Shown: positions 38,449 to 45,694 of the stretch, piece after piece
How the letters are laid out: each line of letters begins with the position of its first letter
How positions within the stretch are numbered: position 1 is the stretch's first letter
Virus record (IMG/VR): IMGVR_UViG_3300044724_003533
Coordinates: 1 to 60,679 of that record
Direction: 5' to 3' (one strand)
Length of the DNA stretch: 60,679 bases
Source of the DNA: a virus
Taxonomy: Duplodnaviria; Caudoviricetes
Made by a program: the position numbers and the translations under genes
The notes under the pieces: model-generated
What the model saw: the letters and a program-made list of their open reading frames with translations, nothing else
Database searches by the model: none
Told to the model about the DNA's origin: nothing

Positions 38449-40635
38449 TTATGCTTCTAATGCTTCTATCCTATTTGTAAGCTCTTTTATTGCTTGTACC
38501 AATATAGGCACCAACTTTCCATAACTCATTTCTAGTTTTTCAGGGTTTTCTGCATAAATAAGTCGTAATATATCGTTATCTACTGATTGAACTTCTTGGG
38601 CTATAAACCCAAAATCTTTTTTACCTTTGTTGGCATTCTCTACCTCTACTTGGGTCTCATTGCCTTCTTCGTCAATTTCAATTGCATGTTCTGGTCTTTG
38701 ATTCCAAGTAAATTGTTTTGGCGATAAAGAATTTATAAAGTCTAATCCATATTCAAGATTAGTTATATCTGTTTTATCACGCTCATCAGAAAGTGATGTT
38801 ATAGTTGTTACAGCGCATCTTAATACAGATATAGAGCTATTTCCTAATGTAATTTCATTGTTTGCAGTTGCAGAGCTAGCCTGTGCTTGAAATCCAATAA
38901 CAATATCATTTTGACCTGTTGTTATATTATTTCCAGCTTGGTACCCTAACCCAACATTTTGCCTTCCAATTCCACCTGTAACTGCACTTAAGGCTTGTCC
39001 CCCAACGGCTGTGTTGAAAGCTCCATTTACATTAGTCTGTAGAGCTCTTGAACCTATTGCAACAGTCCATTGGGCGAAGTTGTTTTGCCCTGCTTGATTT
39101 CCAACTAACACCACGTCACTGCCGGCTGTTCCTGCTCCAAGAGCTTCCGAACCAATAACCACAGCTTTATTCATGCTAGTGGTTAATTTTGCCGCGTCTG
39201 TTCCAATTACTGTATTTGAAAAGTTAGTGCTCATTGTTCCAAGCGCGTTTTTTCCAATAGCAATATTATTATTTCCAGAAGTATTAGATTCCTGGGCGTT
39301 GTAGCCAATAGCAATATTCGACTGCGTATTAATTGCCGCTGGCAATGCAGATGCACCTAATGCAACGTTAAAACTACCATTTAAAATTGAGCTTCCAGCT
39401 CCAGAACCAAAAGTAACATTATTATTACCTCCAGTAATTGTATTTAAAGCATTATAACCAACTGCTGTATTATTAGATGCCGATAGAGCCGCTGCCATGG
39501 CGTTTTTACCAAAAGCAGCATTAAATGCACCTATAATAGTACCTTGGTTGCCGGCGTTAGTACCTGCAAAAGCATTTTCATGTTGTTGAAATAAATCAAC
39601 GCCACCTGTTATTCTAATACCTCCTTGAACATGCAAGTTAGTTACTGGCGTTGCTGTGTTAACCCCAAGTCTATTATTGGCTTCATCTATAAATACAGCT
39701 TGTGACTCAATTGTGTTAGCAGCAGACCCAACCCATATTCTACCCGTAGTCAGATTAGGCACGTCGTTTGTTCTAAGTATAGATGATACAACAAACGTTC
39801 CATCATTAGATGTACTTACTCTGCCAACTTTACCCATATTCTGAATAAGGTTGCTTCCTGTTGGTTTTGTTAAAGTAAGCGCAGCTCCAGCTTTACTTCC
39901 AGGTTTTACGTATATAATGTCGTTAGCTAAAGGTGTTTGTCCATCTATTGGCGAAGTGATTAAATTTCTTAATTTACCCGTAACAACCACAGAGCCTTCT
40001 TCGTTTATTCCTAAATCTTGTTTTAATAATCCTAAAGCCGGCATTTTTGCTGGGATTGATGCGTCGGCTAGCTGCACCTCTAGTCTGCCAGACGCACCTA
40101 CGGATCCAGATATATAAACAGGGTCGCCTTTTATAAGTGCGGATCCCTGCAGGTTTTTAACAGGTACTTCTACAACTTCTGCAGCTGTAGCTATGTTGTC
40201 AACCCATTCAACGCCAGTTCCGGTAGAACTTAATACTTGACCTGCTGTTCCTGTTCCACCGCCTGCTGTTATAGTGCTAGAAAAAGTAGCGTCTTCAGTA
40301 ACTGTTAAACCTGAATTAGTTTCAATACTACCTGTAACGCTTAGGTCATCTGACACAAATAGATTTGTATTAACGTTTATTGCTTGCCCTAATGAAGCTT
40401 GTGTGATAATAGAATCACCTATTTTTTGACCATCAGGCGTGAACATGGCAATAGTATTTAAAGTACCGCTACCTGTTATACCACTAGTTGATGTAACTAC
40501 GTAGTTAGCTAAGTTGTCTATTGTTAAACTTTTCGTCCGATTTTTATTAGGTGCTGGTTGCTCTGAATCGGTGATAACTAAAAAGTCTCCACCTGCAGGT
40601 GTTGTTTTTTCTGGGTAACTGTATATAATTGCCAT
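38449..40635 (-). CDS. Tail fibre/spike with YadA-head-like repeats and a C-terminal intramolecular chaperone (peptidase S74)
   Basis: NTAVGYNAL/NIAIG repeats; LSDERDKTDI, GFIAQEV and YGKLVPILVQAIKEL. Confidence 0.85.
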   Translation of the reverse strand: MAIIYSYPEKTTPAGGDFLVITDSEQPAPNKNRTKSLTIDNLANYVVTSTSGITGSGTLNTIAMFTPDGQKIGDSIITQASLGQAINVNTNLFVSDDLSVTGSIETNSGLTVTEDATFSSTITAGGGTGTAGQVLSSTGTGVEWVDNIATAAEVVEVPVKNLQGSALIKGDPVYISGSVGASGRLEVQLADASIPAKMPALGLLKQDLGINEEGSVVVTGKLRNLITSPIDGQTPLANDIIYVKPGSKAGAALTLTKPTGSNLIQNMGKVGRVSTSNDGTFVVSSILRTNDVPNLTTGRIWVGSAANTIESQAVFIDEANNRLGVNTATPVTNLHVQGGIRITGGVDLFQQHENAFAGTNAGNQGTIIGAFNAAFGKNAMAAALSASNNTAVGYNALNTITGGNNNVTFGSGAGSSILNGSFNVALGASALPAAINTQSNIAIGYNAQESNTSGNNNIAIGKNALGTMSTNFSNTVIGTDAAKLTTSMNKAVVIGSEALGAGTAGSDVVLVGNQAGQNNFAQWTVAIGSRALQTNVNGAFNTAVGGQALSAVTGGIGRQNVGLGYQAGNNITTGQNDIVIGFQAQASSATANNEITLGNSSISVLRCAVTTITSLSDERDKTDITNLEYGLDFINSLSPKQFTWNQRPEHAIEIDEEGNETQVEVENANKGKKDFGFIAQEVQSVDNDILRLIYAENPEKLEMSYGKLVPILVQAIKELTNRIEALEA

Positions 40636-41084
40636 TATGAATAAATTCTAAGTTCTACAAAACCTACGTCCACGTCATCTACTGGATTTGCAGTACCAGA
40701 ATCAACGTTAATAATATCATATCGATTACTAATATAACCTTTTATAGTTAAAACCGATGGAATACCGATGTTTCCACCTGTAACTTGCACCCATACTTTG
40801 CTTGTATCTATATCGGAGCTTGACACTAAGTAAAATACACCAGCGGAGTTTCTTGTAAACGTAAAAGTAAGACCAGTATCGTTGTTAAGCTCTGTTACAA
40901 CTGGATTATTAGTACCTTGTTGCGCAAAACTAAATACATAATCTTTATATCCTTTCTGTACTAGATTTGATACACTACTAACTGTAGCTGTTTTAGTAGG
41001 ATTACCTTCAACCGATGTGTCTACTAGTAGTAATAAATCACTATTACTAGGTGTTACTGTTGGGTATGAGTTAATTATTGCCAT
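40635..41084 (-). CDS. Short fibre-like structural protein
   Basis: Shares the N-terminal MAIIxSYP..TP...D.L...D.S module with 38449..40635. Confidence 0.6.
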   Translation of the reverse strand: MAIINSYPTVTPSNSDLLLLVDTSVEGNPTKTATVSSVSNLVQKGYKDYVFSFAQQGTNNPVVTELNNDTGLTFTFTRNSAGVFYLVSSSDIDTSKVWVQVTGGNIGIPSVLTIKGYISNRYDIINVDSGTANPVDDVDVGFVELRIYS

Positions 41085-41085
41085 G

Positions 41086-41343
41086 TTATTTTAATGTTGC
41101 TCTATTTGTTGTTGGATCGTATGTATAATCACTAGCCACGCGCCCAGATTCTTTCGATGCTCTGTCAATTGCACGTTCTTCAGCGGTCATTGCGTTACGT
41201 TTGCGGCCTTTTGCTGTTAATTCGCCAGACGGCGTAAGATCACCGCGTTTTTTAAGTAATGATATAGCGAAACTCTTGCTACGAACTTGTGCTGCAAGGC
41301 GATCAACTAGGCTATTACGCCCCATATGTTTCTGTGTCTCCAT
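41086..41343 (-). CDS. Hypothetical protein
   Basis: First gene of the late arm; LTAKGRKRNAMTAEERA. Confidence 0.55.
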   Translation of the reverse strand: METQKHMGRNSLVDRLAAQVRSKSFAISLLKKRGDLTPSGELTAKGRKRNAMTAEERAIDRASKESGRVASDYTYDPTTNRATLK

Positions 41344-41367
41344 ATATCTAGTGTTCTATAGTCTTAT

Positions 41368-41396
41368 ATACTCACATATAAAGCGAAAAACTTACA
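41368..41396 (-). promoter_or_regulatory. Class II promoter-like motif at the head of the late arm
   Basis: TGTAA-N15-TGTGAGTAT. Confidence 0.6.
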
Positions 41397-41400
41397 AATA

Positions 41401-41445
41401 GTGACAATAGCCCCTTACTTATATATCTTATAAGGCTTATGTCAC
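41401..41445. repeat. 45-bp inverted-repeat site, copy 1
   Basis: GTGACAATAGCC-N21-GGCTTATGTCAC. Confidence 0.85.
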
Positions 41446-41614
41446 ACTTTTTTTAAAAATTGTTACTAATAGAGGGTTATGGGGTTGCCACTCCCTCTCG
41501 TATACACAATATTTTAACAAAATCAACATAAAAAAACAGCCCCCGGCATCATTTTATTGAATTTTTCATAAACATTTAGCTTTTTTTCTGAATAATTTAC
41601 AATGCATTTACGTT

Positions 41615-41646
41615 TTACAAACAAAATAGTTTTATATTTGGATAAT
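41615..41646 (+). promoter_or_regulatory. Class I (early) promoter-like motif
   Basis: TTACAAACAAAATAGTTTTATATTTGGATAAT. Confidence 0.7.
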
Positions 41647-41700
41647 ATAAATGTAAATAAAAACTAATAATAATAAATAAAATAAATAATACTAAATAAA

Positions 41701-41732
41701 TTACAAACAAAATCTAATATCAATTGGATAAT
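41701..41732 (+). promoter_or_regulatory. Class I (early) promoter-like motif
   Basis: TTACAAACAAAATCTAATATCAATTGGATAAT. Confidence 0.7.
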
Positions 41733-41769
41733 ATAATAAACTAATAATAATAATATAAATATAATAACT

Positions 41770-41997
41770 ATGCAAAATTTAAAATCAAAAAGATTTGTTG
41801 TACGCAAATCACTAATCGGAAAAAATCAAATCATTGAAGTAACTTTCAAAAATGGTAAGTCATTCACTTACAATCATGATAAAGTCTATGAAATTATGAA
41901 AGATAAATTGTTATCAATGAATTGCTTTGAAAAGTACAAATCATACACTTCTTCAACAAGTGTGCCTGTAATACTACGTGACAAAGAAGTCATATAG
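41770..41997 (+). CDS. Early hypothetical protein
   Basis: First gene after the tandem class I motifs. Confidence 0.7.
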   Translation: MQNLKSKRFVVRKSLIGKNQIIEVTFKNGKSFTYNHDKVYEIMKDKLLSMNCFEKYKSYTSSTSVPVILRDKEVI

Positions 41998-42007
41998 TAT
42001 TACTATT

Positions 42008-42052
42008 CGGCTGGAATAGATTCGTAAGTGGGTTCGAAACCCGCTCAGCCGA
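42008..42052 (+). ncRNA. Minimal tRNA-like RNA (acceptor stem and T arm only)
   Basis: CGGCTGG/TCAGCCG 7-bp stem, 13-nt linker, GTGGG-TTCGAAA-CCCGC T arm, discriminator A. Confidence 0.6.
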
Positions 42053-42061
42053 GCTATACAT

Positions 42062-42145
42062 TTACCTCAACAGGTGACTGTCCGAACCTTCAGGCAACGG
42101 GAAAACTGGGCAGAATAAATACATGAGGTGATGGCACTTGTCATC
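42062..42145 (+). ncRNA. Putative structured RNA
   Basis: TTACCTCA/TGAGGTGA outer stem enclosing CTGTCC/GGGCAG; GC-rich island within AT-rich intergenic DNA. Confidence 0.4.
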
Positions 42146-42155
42146 AATAAAAACT

Positions 42156-42200
42156 GTGACAATAGCCTGTTACTATTTAACCTTAATAGGCTAATGTCAT
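42156..42200. repeat. 45-bp inverted-repeat site, copy 2
   Basis: GTGACAATAGCC-N21-GGCTAATGTCAT. Confidence 0.85.
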
Positions 42201-42307
42201 ACTTTTAAATAAATGAGAGAAAGAGTTGTGTAGAAAGAGAGTTCGCGCTATACTTCTACTATAAAATAAACTAATAAATAATATCACACCTATAAACAAA
42301 ACTTATT

Positions 42308-42406
42308 ATGAGAAGATTTACTCACAAACTATTAATAAAACTTATTGACTATAAAGAAAACTTATATGAATTTCTTGGTCCTTCACCATCAGAAACTAAA
42401 TGGTAA
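42308..42406 (+). CDS. Small early protein (32 aa)
   Basis: MRRFTHKLLIKLIDYKENLYEFLGPSPSETKW; A-rich leader. Confidence 0.4.
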   Translation: MRRFTHKLLIKLIDYKENLYEFLGPSPSETKW

Positions 42407-42438
42407 TTACAAACAAATTACAATACACTTTGGATAAT
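42407..42438 (+). promoter_or_regulatory. Class I promoter-like motif
   Basis: TTACAAACAAATTACAATACACTTTGGATAAT. Confidence 0.7.
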
Positions 42439-42446
42439 AATAATAT

Positions 42447-42584
42447 ATGAAACGAATAAAATACATATCGCTCTTACACCAATGGCTTCAGTCAAATCAA
42501 GAAGTCTATATTCAGCAATTATTGCCTGAGTGTATACTCACTGAACTATACTATTACGAGCGAGTACAACAAGAAATAATATAA
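42447..42584 (+). CDS. Small early protein (45 aa)
   Basis: MKRIKYISLLHQW..., directly after a class I motif. Confidence 0.5.
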   Translation: MKRIKYISLLHQWLQSNQEVYIQQLLPECILTELYYYERVQQEII

Positions 42585-42586
42585 CT

Positions 42587-42853
42587 ATGCAATACAGAAA
42601 TATACCTTATGAATATGATGAGTGGACTGCGTATGGTGGTAAGAAATGCAAAGCATACACTTGTAAATACTTTAACTTTTATCCTTATCATAAAATATCT
42701 TTTTCTACAAATACTGAAGCAGAAATGAAAGATGAAATTGATAACTTGATAGACAACAGAGTACAATACGAGTACAGGCGCAAACTAGCTAATAAAGCGG
42801 CAGCGTCATACTATGCAAGCAAATCACGCTTTGATAATTATACAGGCGATTAA
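42587..42853 (+). CDS. Early hypothetical protein
   Basis: 88 aa ending DNYTGD; AACT-ATG start context. Confidence 0.65.
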   Translation: MQYRNIPYEYDEWTAYGGKKCKAYTCKYFNFYPYHKISFSTNTEAEMKDEIDNLIDNRVQYEYRRKLANKAAASYYASKSRFDNYTGD

Positions 42854-42883
42854 AATAATATTAACTAATTAAAACTAAATACT

Positions 42884-43015
42884 ATGCAATTTATACTAAA
42901 CTTAGAAAATGGTAAGCAGATAGATATGTCTAGCTATATCATGAAGCAAATGAAAGGCGAGATGACTCGCGAACAAGTACAAGATAAAATTAACGAATTT
43001 AAAAATCAGAATTAA
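42884..43015 (+). CDS. Small early protein (43 aa)
   Basis: MQFILNLENGKQIDMS... Confidence 0.55.
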   Translation: MQFILNLENGKQIDMSSYIMKQMKGEMTREQVQDKINEFKNQN

Positions 43016-43017
43016 CT

Positions 43018-43137
43018 ATGGCTACAAAATCATACACATTACTAAAAATCAGTTGGCGAATGTTTGACAAACACTACAACGATCTAACTCAAGAACAAAA
43101 AGATAAAGTATTAGAAAGATATTATGACTACTACTAA
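43018..43137 (+). CDS. Small early protein (39 aa)
   Basis: MATKSYTLLKISWRMFDKHYNDLTQEQKDKV... Confidence 0.55.
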   Translation: MATKSYTLLKISWRMFDKHYNDLTQEQKDKVLERYYDYY

Positions 43138-43543
43138 AACACTTTATATAGATATGGACGGCGTACTCGTCGACTTGCAATCTAACTTAGACAAGCAAGG
43201 TTGGCATCAGAATGTCTTCAAAGATCCGCCTCCAATTGATGGTGCTGTTGAAGCGTTCAATGAATTATGCTTCGATGAAGACTACGATGTCTATATTCTA
43301 TCGACTGCTCCGTGGAATATACCAAATTCTTGGACACAGAAACGCTTATGGGTTAGTAAATACTTAGGTGAAAAAGCTCATAAACGCTTAATTCTTTGTA
43401 ATCACAAGAATTTATTGCGCGGTGATATACTTATCGATGACAGAACTGCGAACGGTGCAGGTGAATTTGATGGTGAACTAATACAATTCGGTACAGAAAA
43501 GTTTCCAAATTGGGAACAAACACTTAAATACTTATTAAAATGA
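43124..43543 (+). CDS. 5'(3')-deoxyribonucleotidase (NT5C-type HAD)
   Basis: YIDMDGVLVD, ILSTAPW, K..W and LIDDR motifs. Confidence 0.85.
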   Translation: MTTTKTLYIDMDGVLVDLQSNLDKQGWHQNVFKDPPPIDGAVEAFNELCFDEDYDVYILSTAPWNIPNSWTQKRLWVSKYLGEKAHKRLILCNHKNLLRGDILIDDRTANGAGEFDGELIQFGTEKFPNWEQTLKYLLK

Positions 43544-43668
43544 AAAGAAAAAAACGTAAATTTTCACATCATAAACTATTACAAGTACAAATTAAAATGC
43601 TTGAACAAGAGTATTACGATCGCTTAAACGCTGAAATACCACAATGGCAACAAGCGTTTTACAAATAA
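43540..43668 (+). CDS. Small early protein (42 aa)
   Basis: MKRKKRKFSHHKLLQ..., coupled to the nucleotidase stop. Confidence 0.5.
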   Translation: MKRKKRKFSHHKLLQVQIKMLEQEYYDRLNAEIPQWQQAFYK

Positions 43669-43690
43669 AATATAATTATCTTTGGATAAT
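43659..43690 (+). promoter_or_regulatory. Class I promoter-like motif
   Basis: TTACAAATAAAATATAATTATCTTTGGATAAT. Confidence 0.7.
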
Positions 43691-43719
43691 ATATACGTAA
43701 ACAAATTAAATAAATAACT

Positions 43720-45087
43720 ATGCAAAAAATTAAATTCTTCAAAAACAAAAATGGCCAACCTTGCGCCTTAACAGACAAAAAAGGCTACAAAGGCTACACA
43801 ATAAGCAATATTCCTCAACGCTTCGGTTTTATCTACGACGAAGATAAAGATCAAGATGGCTTTGCTGAGTGGTTTAACTACAAAGGTATTACTTACATAT
43901 GGGAGTAACGACTATGAAAGAGCTATGCGCTTACTCTTTACAACAAAAAGAATTACGTGCTGCGGAGCATAGACGCAAGCACGCCCACGACGGTATGTGC
44001 AGTGGACTTACTCAATCTGAGTATAATCGCATGACGGTGCGACAAAAATCTACGTTTTCAAAGGCTAGAAAGTTCACGCACAATCGTATGTGGCGAGAAA
44101 CACACAAGAAATTTGACACTAAACAATTAAATATTATAGTAAAATCATGACAGAATACGGTAGAAAATTACTAGAACAAGAAAACGAGTTTGTAAAAGGC
44201 TTACTTGTTGAGTATGGAATCAGAGAGGTTACTACACCTCGGCAAGCTAAAAATGGTACTCGTGAGTTTGAGTTTCCTGTGCCTTGCTATTCAAAAGAAA
44301 GACTTAAGTGGTTTAAGCGTAAGAAATATGACTTAAAAGACTTACCTCGACTTCGCATTGCTTCATTTAAATCAGGTTATGTACGTAAGCAAAATGGTGC
44401 ATGTAGAGCGTATCAAATAAATCCTGTTTATATGCAGAATTATCAATGTGTATGGCAGAGAGACAATGGTCAATTGTATACATCAAACGGCGTAAATCAC
44501 GCGCGAGCACTTATACATTCACCAATTGTAAGACTAAACTATATACTACAATTTTATCTAAGAAATTATGCGAACAATTAAACTAACAGAAAACGACTGC
44601 ACTTTTGTGCACTATGTACTACGTATGTATGCTAACCAAACACCTGGGTTAGATCAAGAAGACAAAGATGAAATAATGGAAGTCGCGGTTAAATTTAAAT
44701 AATATGAGTAAAGAAATTAAAAACCCATGGGATTTAGCGTGGTCTAAATGGTGGGTACAACAGAATTATAAAAAGTGTGAAGTCGATGATATGACACTAA
44801 GTGAAATATATGAATTATTAGAACAAGATTAAATGAGTAAAATGTCAGAAATAGATCTTATAGCGCAAGGCGTTTCAGATCACTGTATGGAAATAATGTA
44901 TGACACTGTTGAGTGGCAATTAGGTGACATACCTTTAAATGGCGATGACTATAATGCTATACACGCTTACACTATGCAAAAAGCAATAGAAAATATGTTT
45001 TACCATGTTTTTGAACGTGAAACTTATGAGTCAAAAATAAAAATTACAAACAAAATACGATCGCTATTGGATAATATAAACGAATAA
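43720..45087 (+). other. Run of small early hypothetical genes (43720-43908, about 43914-44150, 44147-44581, two ORFs under 60 aa, 44833-45087)
   Basis: Overlapping start/stop coupling on the plus strand; no recognisable families. Confidence 0.6.
45044..45075 (+). promoter_or_regulatory. Class I promoter-like motif
   Basis: TTACAAACAAAATACGATCGCTATTGGATAAT. Confidence 0.7.
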
Positions 45088-45105
45088 TAATTAAAATAAT
45101 AAACT

Positions 45106-45294
45106 ATGTATTGTAGATGTGGTAAAAAAGTACACCCTGTGAGGTTAGAATTAGGTTATAAAACGTGTGTTGATCACTCAACCACCCAAACATACTCGTA
45201 TGTTCCTATTATCGAGCACAAAACAGGTAATACAATACAAATTGTCAGTCAAGAAGTTAGCGCATCTGTGCACAGAGCTTGGCGACGTAAATAG
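45106..45294 (+). CDS. Small zinc-finger protein, DksA/TraR-finger-like
   Basis: CRCG..V...RL.LG...CVDH resembles the CxxCG..I...RL......CxxC finger. Confidence 0.5.
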   Translation: MYCRCGKKVHPVRLELGYKTCVDHSTTQTYSYVPIIEHKTGNTIQIVSQEVSASVHRAWRRK

Positions 45295-45302
45295 CTAGAC
45301 GA

Positions 45303-45387
45303 GTAGCTTAATTAGGTATGATTAAAGGCGGCTAAGTACAGTAACGCACGGCGGAAGCTACGAGCAAACAACTGTGACGCCGGCTCG
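45303..45387 (+). ncRNA. Putative structured RNA
   Basis: GTAGCTT/AAGCTAC stem (45303-45309 with 45355-45361) enclosing hairpins, then a GAGC/GCTC stem. Confidence 0.35.
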
Positions 45388-45407
45388 ATGACTACACATA
45401 TGTGAAT

Positions 45408-45505
45408 AGCTAGCGGGAACTAGGTATGGATGCAACAGGAGTTATTAAATTAACCAGAGTTCATTACTACTGACGAGTATGAGGGTTCGATTCCCTCGCT
45501 AGTTA
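45408..45505 (+). ncRNA. Non-canonical tRNA-like RNA
   Basis: AGCTAGC/GCTAGTT acceptor, GAGGG-TTCGATT-CCCTC T arm, discriminator A; no canonical D or anticodon arm. Confidence 0.6.
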
Positions 45506-45529
45506 CAAAGCGGCAGACCGGTATGCTGC

Positions 45530-45591
45530 TCCCTTACGGGAAACCTGTGCTTCAAAGCATCAAGCCTTTTAGGTTGAAAACAAGTAAGGGA
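45530..45591 (+). ncRNA. Putative multibranch structured RNA
   Basis: Perfect 8-bp TCCCTTAC/GTAAGGGA stem enclosing three short hairpins. Confidence 0.45.
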
Positions 45592-45595
45592 ATAC

Positions 45596-45674
45596 GGGGG
45601 TGATTTGGTGTTGACGTAGTAGAAAGCCTGCAAAGGAACTACTTCGGAAGACAGTTCGAGTCTGTCCACCTCCA
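45596..45674 (+). ncRNA. Mini-tmRNA-like RNA (tRNA-like domain only)
   Basis: GGGGGTG/CACCTCC-A acceptor with G3-U70; stemless D-loop ATTTGGTGTTGAC; short GTAGT/ACTAC helix; GACAG-TTCGAGT-CTGTC T arm. Confidence 0.7.
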
Positions 45675-45694
45675 CTAATTTTAAAAATACAACT

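Noticed and set aside
38449-40635. Diversity-generating retroelement targeting the fibres
   Set aside because: No reverse transcriptase and no template/variable repeat pair were seen.
8735-41401. Plus-strand ORFs within the late arm (e.g. 8735, 12927, 20597, 27365, 37088, 39851)
   Set aside because: They lie antisense to well-supported structural genes; their Ser/Leu/Phe-rich translations are typical shadows.
41401-42200. 45-bp IR sites as MITE or transposon ends
   Set aside because: No target-site duplications or transposase; fixed spacer length with variable sequence suits a protein-binding site.
45481-45505. tRNA 3' fragments as attP sites
   Set aside because: Each T arm has a matching 5' acceptor strand, so these are whole folds, and no integrase is visible in the window.
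45295-45595. Separate mRNA-like piece of a two-piece tmRNA
   Set aside because: I found no tag-like frame ending in ALAA-type residues, and the TLD halves are in normal, unpermuted order; a cryptic trans-acting piece is not excluded.
45596-45674. Canonical tRNA-Ala(TGC), since CCTGCAA is present
   Set aside because: There is no D stem, no 5-bp stem around a 7-nt loop and no U33; the D-loop is tmRNA-like.
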